Assembly: GCA_964404025.1 (NCBI GenBank)
Contig: CAYOIJ010000003.1
Span: forward strand, 10,727-74,726
Source of the DNA: an uncultured Pseudomonadales bacterium
Lineage (GTDB): Bacteria; Patescibacteriota; Microgenomatia; UBA1400; PJMF01
DNA: 64,000 nucleotides
Reading direction: 5' to 3'
How positions within the stretch are numbered: the stretch's first letter is position 1; every line of letters begins with the position of its first letter. The notes under the pieces are model-generated. The model was not told the origin of the DNA, made no database searches, and was given only the letters and a program-made list of their open reading frames with translations. A program made the translations under genes and the position numbers. Below, piece by piece: positions 32,091 to 40,558 of this stretch.

Positions 32091-35000
32091 CTAATCCTCA
32101 TCCTTTCCGTCTTCTTCAATTATTGCTTCATCTTCAGTGCTTTCTTCAAGATCATCTTCAGCATCATCTTCTTGTTCAATATTGTCTTCATTAGGTTCAT
32201 CTTCATCACTATTTGCCTCAGCATCTTCTTTGGCATCAGCTTCTTCAGACTCTAAATCTTCCAAGATTAACAATTCTTCTTGATCTTTTTCAGCGGCTGG
32301 TTCTTCACTGCTAAGCACCACTTCTTCAAGAGGATTAATATTCAGTGCTAAGGAATTTAACTCTTTGCACAAAACTTTAAATGATTCTGGAACTGTAGGT
32401 GCTGGAATTTCTTCGCCTTTAACAATAGCCTCAAAGGCTTTAGCTCTACCACGCACATCATCTGATTTAATAGTCAACATTTCTTGTAACACATGGGCAG
32501 CTCGGTGTGCTTGTAGTGCCCAAACCTCCATTTCACCCATTCTCTGACCACCCATTTGAGCTTTACCTCCCAGTGGTTGTTGAGTCACTAAAGAGTAAGG
32601 ACCAGTTGAACGAGCGTGAATTTTATCCTCAACCATATGGCTAAGTTTTAAAATATAGTTAATTCCAACTACTGATTTTTCATGATAAGCCTCACCAGTT
32701 AATCCGTTATAAAGTTGAGCCTTACCAGAAACAGGTAGGCCTGCTTTTTCTAGTTCTTGCCAAATTTTATCTTCATCAAATGCTTCAAAAGCTGGTGTGG
32801 CAACACTATAACCCAATTTATCTGCCGCCCAACCTAAATGAGCCTCCAATAATTGACCAAGATTCATACGGGCTAAAACTGATAATGGTGAAACAATAAT
32901 ATCCACTGGAGTGCCATCTTCTAAATGGGGCATATCCGCTTGTGGTACTATTTTGGAAATTACACCCTTATTGCCATGACGACCGGCTAATTTATCTCCT
33001 ACAACAATTTTTCTTAACTGAGCAACTTTGACTATTACTTCTTTGATGGTGCCAGGATCTAATTCATCCCCCAAATCACGATCTAAAATTTGCACATCAA
33101 TTACAGTTCCTTCTTCTCCGTGAGGCATACGTAAAGAAGTGTCTCGAATTTCTTTTGATTTTTCACCAAAAATAGCTCTCAATAAACGTTCCTCTGGAGA
33201 AAGCTCCGTTTCACCTTTGGGAGCTACTTTACCTACTAAAATATCTCCTGATTTAACATGGCTACCGACCTGAATGATGCCATCAATATTTAAATTGGCC
33301 AAAAAAGTTTCACTAACATTTGGAATATCATTAGTTAACTCTTCAGGACCTAAACGAGTATCCATAACCTTGGCTTTATGTTCGCTAATTTGGATAGAAC
33401 TAAGGGTATCTTCTTTGACTAAGCGGTCAGAAATAATAATAGCATCTTCATAACCTAAGCCATTATATGAGGTGTAAGCTATTAATAAATTGGTACCTAG
33501 GGCTAATTCCCCTTTTTCAGTAGCTGGTCCATCAATCAATACATCACCCTTTTTCAACTTATCTCCAACTTTAACTTCAGGAGTTTGATTGTAACAAGTG
33601 CTTTGGGCAGTGCGAACAAATTTGTTTAGAGTATAAACAAGAGTTCCTTGCTGATAACTAACATGTTCATCTTTATTTGTTTCAACCCAGTTCTTTGCTT
33701 TATCATAATATTTTGGATCAATCTTTAAGACTATTTCACTAGCGTCAACACTTTGAACTTCTCCAGGAAATTCTGCTAACACTGTCCAACCCATAGCAGA
33801 CGCTATTTCTTTTTCCATACCTGTACCGATAATAGGCGCCTGAGTTTTAAGCAAAGGAACAGCCTGGCATTGCATATGAGAACCCATTAAAGCTCGGTTG
33901 GCTTCATCATGAGCAATAAAAGGAATAAGTGAAGCGCTGCTACCCACCACTTGACGGGGCACCACATCAATATATTCAACTTTTTTCACTGAACCCTCAA
34001 TAAATTCATTAGCATGACGCATTGGGATCCAATCTTGAACAATATATCCCTTATCATCAATCTTTACTCCAGCGTGAGTAATGTAATAATCTTCTTCTTC
34101 ATCGGCACTTAAATAAACAATTTCATCAGTAATTTTCATTTTTCCTCGAAAGTCAGTTACCTTAAAGTAAGGGGCTTCCAAAAATCCATATTTATTAACT
34201 CTGGTATAAAGCGCTAAATAAGTAACCAAACCAATGTTTGGTCCTTCAGGAGAACGAATTGGACAGATTCTAGAATATTGAGAAGCATTAATATCACGCA
34301 TAGAAAATGATGCGCGATCACGAGTCACTCCACCTGTTCCCATTACCGATAAACGACGTAAATTATCAATTTCCGATAAAGGATTTGTTTGGTCTAAAAT
34401 AGTTGACAAACGATTACGACGGAAAAATTCAGCAATTGAAGCAATTAGGGGTCGAGCGTTAACTAAAGCCGAAGGAGTTAAAACCTCATCAGTTTTAGTC
34501 AAAGACATTTTTTCACGAATTGAGCGCTCTAAACGAATTAAGCCAATACGAAAAGCACTAATCAAGACTAATTCTCCAACCTGACGAACTCGACGATTAG
34601 ATAAATGATCTATGTCATCAACCTTACCTTCTCCATTTTGTAATTTAATTAAATATTTAATACTAGCCAAAACATCATCTTTAGCTAAAACAGTTAATTT
34701 ATCGTCCATTTTAATACCTAAGCGACGATTCATCTTGTAACGACCCACTTCACCTAAATCATAACGGCGTGGATCAAAAAACATATTTTTTAAAAATTCA
34801 CGAGCAGTTTCAAGTACTGCTGGCTCTCCTGGCCTCATTTTTTCGTAAACCTCAATCAAAGCTTCTGCTTGATTAGTTGTTGAATCTTTCCTGAGAGTGT
34901 TGTTGATTAAATCTAATTTATCTTGTTCTAATGTTTCTCCCAAGGCTTGAGCAATATCTTCATTACTTTCCCAACCCAAGGCTCGAAGAAGTACAGTGGC

Positions 35001-35567
35001 AGGCATCTTACGTCGACGATCAATTTTAATTGTCAAAACATGACGACGGCTAACGTTAATTTCCAACCAAGAACCTCGCATGGGTCGTAATTCTGCTTTA
35101 TAAAGAAGTTCTTTAGAACTTTGGTCTTCTTCTCCAGAGAAAAATACTCCTGGAGAGCGGACCAATTGTGTTACAATTCCCCGTTCGATACCATTGATAA
35201 TAAAGGTGCCAGTACTAGTCATGGCTGGAATATCACCCAAAAATACTTCCTGAGTTCTCTCTTCACCAGTCTTTTTATTCAAAAGAGTTGCCTCAACATA
35301 GAGAGGTTGATCATAAGAAACATTTTTATTTTTAGCTTCAGTGGGAGTATATTTAGCTTGACCAAAACGATATTGACCAAATTTTAAAGACCAGTTTTTA
35401 CCGGTAAAATCTTCAATGCCATTGTCAGAATTAATTTCTTTTAGTGATTCTTTAATACCATTATTTAAAAAATCTTGATAACTATTGATTTGTAGGGCAA
35501 TTAAATCTAATTTAGGTAAAATCTCATGATTTTGTCCCCAGTTCTGACGATTCATTGTTTGTGGCAT
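32091..35567 (-). CDS. rpoB: RNA polymerase beta subunit with acidic C-terminal tail
   Basis: GDKLAGRHGNKG, GGQRMGEMEVWAL, PESFKVL. Confidence 0.98.
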   Translation of the reverse strand: MPQTMNRQNWGQNHEILPKLDLIALQINSYQDFLNNGIKESLKEINSDNGIEDFTGKNWSLKFGQYRFGQAKYTPTEAKNKNVSYDQPLYVEATLLNKKTGEERTQEVFLGDIPAMTSTGTFIINGIERGIVTQLVRSPGVFFSGEEDQSSKELLYKAELRPMRGSWLEINVSRRHVLTIKIDRRRKMPATVLLRALGWESNEDIAQALGETLEQDKLDLINNTLRKDSTTNQAEALIEVYEKMRPGEPAVLETAREFLKNMFFDPRRYDLGEVGRYKMNRRLGIKMDDKLTVLAKDDVLASIKYLIKLQNGEGKVDDIDHLSNRRVRQVGELVLISAFRIGLIRLERSIREKMSLTKTDEVLTPSALVNARPLIASIAEFFRRNRLSTILDQTNPLSEIDNLRRLSVMGTGGVTRDRASFSMRDINASQYSRICPIRSPEGPNIGLVTYLALYTRVNKYGFLEAPYFKVTDFRGKMKITDEIVYLSADEEEDYYITHAGVKIDDKGYIVQDWIPMRHANEFIEGSVKKVEYIDVVPRQVVGSSASLIPFIAHDEANRALMGSHMQCQAVPLLKTQAPIIGTGMEKEIASAMGWTVLAEFPGEVQSVDASEIVLKIDPKYYDKAKNWVETNKDEHVSYQQGTLVYTLNKFVRTAQSTCYNQTPEVKVGDKLKKGDVLIDGPATEKGELALGTNLLIAYTSYNGLGYEDAIIISDRLVKEDTLSSIQISEHKAKVMDTRLGPEELTNDIPNVSETFLANLNIDGIIQVGSHVKSGDILVGKVAPKGETELSPEERLLRAIFGEKSKEIRDTSLRMPHGEEGTVIDVQILDRDLGDELDPGTIKEVIVKVAQLRKIVVGDKLAGRHGNKGVISKIVPQADMPHLEDGTPVDIIVSPLSVLARMNLGQLLEAHLGWAADKLGYSVATPAFEAFDEDKIWQELEKAGLPVSGKAQLYNGLTGEAYHEKSVVGINYILKLSHMVEDKIHARSTGPYSLVTQQPLGGKAQMGGQRMGEMEVWALQAHRAAHVLQEMLTIKSDDVRGRAKAFEAIVKGEEIPAPTVPESFKVLCKELNSLALNINPLEEVVLSSEEPAAEKDQEELLILEDLESEEADAKEDAEANSDEDEPNEDNIEQEDDAEDDLEESTEDEAIIEEDGKDED

Positions 35568-35667
35568 GAAAGTCCTTGCTAAATTCTTTTATTTATTTAA
35601 TTTTTTATTTAATAACTAAAATGTGTTTTAATTTGTCATTCAGATGTTTTAAGATAAGAGCAATAGT

Positions 35668-35703
35668 AAAAAACACAGCCAAAGTTTCTGATTACTTGCT
35701 GTG
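35668..35703 (-). terminator. terminator-like hairpin inside the rpoB 5' leader (candidate attenuator)
   Basis: - strand CACAGC...GCTGTG followed by TTTTTT, ~100 nt upstream of the rpoB ATG. Confidence 0.55.
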
Positions 35704-35808
35704 GTGAACTCAATTAATTTTTTGTTGTGTTCTTAGAACAAAGTTCACGAATTAATTCTGCTACTTGCTATTGGTTCGGGCTAAAAGTCTCTTTTTAGAC
35801 AATCGCAC

Positions 35809-35837
35809 ATTCTAACAGTAAACCAGGATCAACGCAA
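35809..35837 (-). promoter_or_regulatory. rpoBC promoter
   Basis: - strand TTGCGT-17 nt-TAGAAT with extended TG, overlapping the mltG stop. Confidence 0.65.
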
Positions 35838-36824
35838 GTATTGATTTACATTAGCATTGTGACCCTCAAGAGTCTCTGCTATATGAATTTTACCAGATAA
35901 ATCATGGATATAATAAAAGGCGCTTGTTGATTGGGGCGTAAGTACAGCTTCAATCGCTGTCAAACCAGGATTACAAATTGGTGAGGGAGGTAAACCAATC
36001 TTTTGGTAGGTATTAAAAGGCGAATCTAAATTTTTATCTGCTGCAGTGGGAGTGGGCCACCAGTTTTGTTCAGCACTACTATAAGCTTTTATATATTGAA
36101 GCGTTGCATCAACCTGTAGGGGCATTCCAATATCTAATCGATTGAATAAAATACCAGCAATTAGTGGCATCTCAGCATCATTAGCACTTTCTCTTTGCAC
36201 CAAAGAAGCGAGGGTCAAAATTTGCTTTAAGCTTAATTCGCTATTATTGATATCATCATCTAAAACTAGAAGTACTTTATTTTCAAAAGTGTTGTGTAAA
36301 AGATTAAGCAAAGCCTCAGCACTAATACTTTTTGATACTAAATAGGTGTCTGGAAACAATTGTCCCTCTAAGCCACTGCTTAGCTTAAGAAAATTTTCCT
36401 CATCAAAAGCATTTAGGTCTTGTTTAGATAAGCTTGTCGCTATTTCTTCACGCCGCCAACCTTCTGGAATAGTAATCCATAAATCATCAGTTCCTTTAGT
36501 TAAAGATTGAGCCAACTCCCAAGTTGATGAGCTTGGTGAAAGCTTGAATGAGCCTGCTTGAATTTTATTTTGTAAGCCTCTTTGGTAAACCACTCCACGG
36601 AAAACTAAGCCAGAACGAACTAAACCTGCCTGGCGAAGCCGTTGAGCAATTTGCTGAGTTGCCTGTCCCTTGGGAACGACAAAGGTGATAGTTGTTCGAT
36701 CACTGCTGTCCACTGGTCTTAATAAAGATAATACAGTTACAGAGACGGAAATAGAAATAAGCAAAACAGCAAGTAAAATAACTCTAACAAATTTGAAATT
36801 TTTTTTAGAACTTGGGAGTGGCAT
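35829..36824 (-). CDS. mltG: endolytic transglycosylase MltG
   Basis: N-terminal TM, TIPEGWR, LEGQLFPDTY, ASLVQRE (catalytic Glu), LQVDAT, SPFNTY, GLPPSPICNPG. Confidence 0.95.
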   Translation of the reverse strand: MPLPSSKKNFKFVRVILLAVLLISISVSVTVLSLLRPVDSSDRTTITFVVPKGQATQQIAQRLRQAGLVRSGLVFRGVVYQRGLQNKIQAGSFKLSPSSSTWELAQSLTKGTDDLWITIPEGWRREEIATSLSKQDLNAFDEENFLKLSSGLEGQLFPDTYLVSKSISAEALLNLLHNTFENKVLLVLDDDINNSELSLKQILTLASLVQRESANDAEMPLIAGILFNRLDIGMPLQVDATLQYIKAYSSAEQNWWPTPTAADKNLDSPFNTYQKIGLPPSPICNPGLTAIEAVLTPQSTSAFYYIHDLSGKIHIAETLEGHNANVNQYLR

Positions 36825-36843
36825 AATAATGAAGAATCCTAGT

Positions 36844-37245
36844 CTAGCATAAATCTAAATAGTTTTCGAGAATAAGTGCAGCAGCATAATGATCAATGGC
36901 TTGGCGTCTATTTTTTTTTGGCAGGTCTTTAAGCTTTTCTTCAACCTCATAAGATGAAAGCGTTTCGTCTGCCATAACAATCTCAACATCCAATAAAGAT
37001 TTTAGATAATTAAAAAACTTTATCGTTTGCTCTGCCATCTTAGATTCAGAAAGCCCAATAACAATTTTCTCTACTTTTTCTTTTTGGATAACTGCCTGTA
37101 TTTCTTCGAGAGCTCGAGGACCAATAGGCAATTCATGACCGAGCAAATCATTTTTTATTACTTTGAGAGGTTCAACTAAACCCACAAAAGAAATAGCTAA
37201 GCCAATCCTTGCTAAACCATAATCAATTGCTAAAATTGTTGGCAT
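36844..37245 (-). CDS. ruvX: YqgF/RuvX-family RNase H-like nuclease
   Basis: ILAIDYGLARIGLA, IVIGL, DETLSS, DHYAAALILENYL. Confidence 0.9.
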   Translation of the reverse strand: MPTILAIDYGLARIGLAISFVGLVEPLKVIKNDLLGHELPIGPRALEEIQAVIQKEKVEKIVIGLSESKMAEQTIKFFNYLKSLLDVEIVMADETLSSYEVEEKLKDLPKKNRRQAIDHYAAALILENYLDLC

Positions 37246-37260
37246 TTCTACTAGATTATA

Positions 37261-38217
37261 CTAGTCTTTTATTAATTGTGCTGTTACTACCCCGCGACGT
37301 AAAGTAGTCCCCTCAGGAGTACAAGTCACTAACTTCAACTGACGCACATCGTAGCGTTGAGCTAAAATAAAGGTGTCATCTGGCTTAACCTCTGTCTTGC
37401 TTTGCACAATGTAAGTATATTTAACATTATCATGAGTTAAATATATTTTTTCTCCTCTTTCCAGCAACATAATTTTGCTAAAAATAGAAGTATAGCGACG
37501 AGGGTTATTTTCACTAGGATTGTAGAATTGACGCAAAACAGAATGGCCAAAAAGCACTGGTGAACCCAATTGTCCTGGTAGACCAGTACCAGGATAATGA
37601 ATTAAGCTCTGGTTAAGATCTGTGCCTCCAACCCTTACTTTCGCATTAGTAATATTTAAACTAGGAATATCTAAAGTATATTCAATAAATTCACTTTTAT
37701 TTAATTCTGGAACATCGAGCTCACTACTAAACCAATTACTTAAGTCAGTAAAATCAAGAGCCTGATCTAAAATGACTGGTCCATTTTCAGCACTCTTATT
37801 TGCCTGGCTTTCTTCAAGATCGACCTGAGCTTGAGCGGAAATAAGAGGCGTACTAAGTAATAATTGGGAGTGTGGAACCGGGGACAATAAGGCTAATTTT
37901 TCTTGTTTATTCCAGGGTAAATAATATTCTATCAGAGGCCAAAGCGCAGATAAGGCTAGAACTAAGCCAAAAGCTATTAATGCCAAAGGTAATAAAGTTG
38001 CCCCAAATCTAATTCTTCTTGGCAAACGTCGCCAAAAATTTAATTTAATTTGTTTGTCCAAAACCTGTTCTTCTTTACGACTAACAACGTCTTGTTTTAA
38101 AAAATAATTAACTTTTTTATTCAAATCTTGAATAGCCACCCCTTCCTTGAGAGCTTGACGGTAAAGCTTTAGAATTTGCTTTTTTTGCAGAGATGGTTGG
38201 GAATCTTTTTTGGCCAT
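37261..38217 (-). CDS. sortase with N-terminal cytoplasmic region and TM anchor
   Basis: LIHYPGTGLPG, LFGHS (His), LKLVTCTP (Cys) and TTLRR (Arg) catalytic triad. Confidence 0.92.
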   Translation of the reverse strand: MAKKDSQPSLQKKQILKLYRQALKEGVAIQDLNKKVNYFLKQDVVSRKEEQVLDKQIKLNFWRRLPRRIRFGATLLPLALIAFGLVLALSALWPLIEYYLPWNKQEKLALLSPVPHSQLLLSTPLISAQAQVDLEESQANKSAENGPVILDQALDFTDLSNWFSSELDVPELNKSEFIEYTLDIPSLNITNAKVRVGGTDLNQSLIHYPGTGLPGQLGSPVLFGHSVLRQFYNPSENNPRRYTSIFSKIMLLERGEKIYLTHDNVKYTYIVQSKTEVKPDDTFILAQRYDVRQLKLVTCTPEGTTLRRGVVTAQLIKD

Positions 38218-38222
38218 AGGAA

Positions 38223-40466
38223 TTAATTAATAACAAAATTAAAACGAGCAGTGTTTTTTGGTAACTTTTGCACTAGCTTGGACAAAAATTCTGGTTGATA
38301 TACTATTTCTGCTTTGCTTATTAATTCTTGGTCTTCTAGATTATTTTCTGCTTCTTCAATGCTCTTGCCAACTAATAAGTCTGTCAACGACTCTTCATCA
38401 ATATTTGCTCTAGATTTAGCTGATAACTCTGTACTTAAAATTAAACGATTACTGTCATCTTCAGTCGGAACAGCTCGATCGCTTAGTAGTGATGGCTCTT
38501 CATCAACAAATTCATAATTTTCTGGCAGATCCATAAGCAAAACTGCTCGCGCCAACTGTTTCAAGTCACTAGATAAATATTTGACGGCCTCAACTTCTAA
38601 ATTCATTTTTAAAGAAAGAGTTTCCACCTCGTCTCCCTCTTCGTGATCATATTCAAAAAAAGTAATACGACTCTTATCACTTGCTACAAAATAAACACCA
38701 TCTCTAGACTCTTCAGCAAACTCATCTTTAGCAATTTCGTTTAAACTTGTTCTTAATTGACTCAGTAAATTTTCTAAATCCTCTTTGGAAACCACTCTCA
38801 CCTCTCTACTAGAACCACCAGAAAAATTTTCAAGAGCAGTAGCTGAATAGGTATCTTCACTAAAATCTGCAACTTTTAATTTACTATCTTTTTCAATATT
38901 GGCGTCTGCTCCTATGTCTTTAGCAACCACCATCGCTTCTTTACTCCCATAATTCATTCCAGCACCACCCTCTTCTTCTTCAGCAGCAGCTACTATTACT
39001 TCTTCCTCAAATTCAAACAAAACACCCTCGTGCTCCAAAGTTGTACTAGCAGCAAAAGTTTTTTCACTAGAAGTCTTATTAAATAATTTAATCTTTCCCT
39101 TAGCTTTTTCTCCTACTAAACTAATACCAGTTGTACTTAAGCTGTCTTCACCGCTAATTTCTTTTTTTACTAATGACGCTTTGAGTAAATTTTTATTATA
39201 ATCAGATTCTGCTAGTTGAGGATCAAGAATGATATCGAGATTTTTTTGCAGTATTTGTTCGTCCGCTTTAATTCTGACTGTTATATTCGATAAGAAAAAA
39301 CTAAAAATAAGTAGAATAATCGTTAGAGCTAATAGACCGCTGCTAACTCCAATTATTAATGATTTACGATTTTTTCTTAAAAAACGAGCTAAAGGAGTCA
39401 TTTTTTTTATTTTTTCTGGGTTTTTTGTTAATACGGGTTTAACAACTTGATGATTTACTTGATCGGGATTAAATTCTTTCAATTCTTCAGATTTAAAATC
39501 AGTGAATTGAGCTCTATTATTCTCTTCATCCGCCTTGACTTTATCAGAAGCGAAATCAATACCAAAACTACTAATTTTTTGCTCTTCACTCTTTACCTCA
39601 ACTTCATTTGCTAAATTATTTTCCAGATCAGTACCTTTTTCAACACCATGAACTATGCTTAAATCCTGATCAAGTTTAGATCTGAAGTCAGTTGATAGCA
39701 TATGACTGGCTGCTAAACTTAGAGACTTAATTAAAAAGTCTATTTCTAAAACTACAAATTGTGGTGCTTGTAAAAAACCACTGACTTTTGTCCAATCAAA
39801 GGCTTGCAGTTGTGACTGCTCCTTTTTTAAAGATTTTTGACTAAGATTTAATGAGGTCAGAAAAAGTTTGTTGGGAAAATATTTGCCCTGTTCTCCTAGC
39901 TCTTGGCTAACTCTTGCTAAACCCTCTTGTAAATCGTCAGTCAATTTTGCTGATCTACCAACTCGAAGATTAAGTAATAATTGACCATGTTTAATCAAAA
40001 TTAAATCAAAATCTCGCTCACGCAAATAGATAGTGAGGGAAGAGTCACGAGGATCATTAATAATCCGAGATCTATGAATTCCCTCACTTACACTCATTTG
40101 TCCCAAAGCAGATAGGCTTAAACTTTCTGATAATTCTTGAACTATGACTTTTTTACTATCTAATAATTCACCATCTTTCAACCAAGACTCATCAAAAATA
40201 AAAACACAATCTGCTACTTCGTCTGCTAATAATCCCAAGTCTTGTAGTGACTGGTCGAGTTGAATTAACAAATCTTGACGATCAAAATAAGTTTTAATTG
40301 CAGAATACTCTTTAATTTCTTGCTTCTTATTAACTAAAGCGCTCTGCAACTCTTGATCACTTAAAATGATAGAAATAAATAATTCCTCATGATTAAGGTT
40401 CTCAGTTAGATCATGATGCTTCTTTTCTTTTTTTCTCTGAGTAAATTTTTTCAATAAATTGGGCAT
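38223..40466 (-). CDS. bitopic membrane protein with large cytoplasmic N-domain and extracellular baseplate-J-like domain
   Basis: Single TM (SLIIGVSSGLLALTIILLIFSFF); C-half pattern GEKAKGKIKLFN...VVAKDIGADANI...NFSGGSSRE recalls Baseplate_J/gp47; recognised by eye only. Confidence 0.55.
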   Translation of the reverse strand: MPNLLKKFTQRKKEKKHHDLTENLNHEELFISIILSDQELQSALVNKKQEIKEYSAIKTYFDRQDLLIQLDQSLQDLGLLADEVADCVFIFDESWLKDGELLDSKKVIVQELSESLSLSALGQMSVSEGIHRSRIINDPRDSSLTIYLRERDFDLILIKHGQLLLNLRVGRSAKLTDDLQEGLARVSQELGEQGKYFPNKLFLTSLNLSQKSLKKEQSQLQAFDWTKVSGFLQAPQFVVLEIDFLIKSLSLAASHMLSTDFRSKLDQDLSIVHGVEKGTDLENNLANEVEVKSEEQKISSFGIDFASDKVKADEENNRAQFTDFKSEELKEFNPDQVNHQVVKPVLTKNPEKIKKMTPLARFLRKNRKSLIIGVSSGLLALTIILLIFSFFLSNITVRIKADEQILQKNLDIILDPQLAESDYNKNLLKASLVKKEISGEDSLSTTGISLVGEKAKGKIKLFNKTSSEKTFAASTTLEHEGVLFEFEEEVIVAAAEEEEGGAGMNYGSKEAMVVAKDIGADANIEKDSKLKVADFSEDTYSATALENFSGGSSREVRVVSKEDLENLLSQLRTSLNEIAKDEFAEESRDGVYFVASDKSRITFFEYDHEEGDEVETLSLKMNLEVEAVKYLSSDLKQLARAVLLMDLPENYEFVDEEPSLLSDRAVPTEDDSNRLILSTELSAKSRANIDEESLTDLLVGKSIEEAENNLEDQELISKAEIVYQPEFLSKLVQKLPKNTARFNFVIN

Positions 40467-40558
40467 ATTTTTTGAATAGTAAAAGACTGGGTTAAATTAA
40501 ACCCTCACTTATATTAAAGCAGAGTTTCAGTTAATTTTGAAGAACTGAGTGCTTGTTA

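Noticed and set aside
38223-40466. Prophage or contractile injection system implied by the baseplate-J-like domain
   Set aside because: No sheath, tube, spike, terminase or integrase genes; the flanks are housekeeping genes
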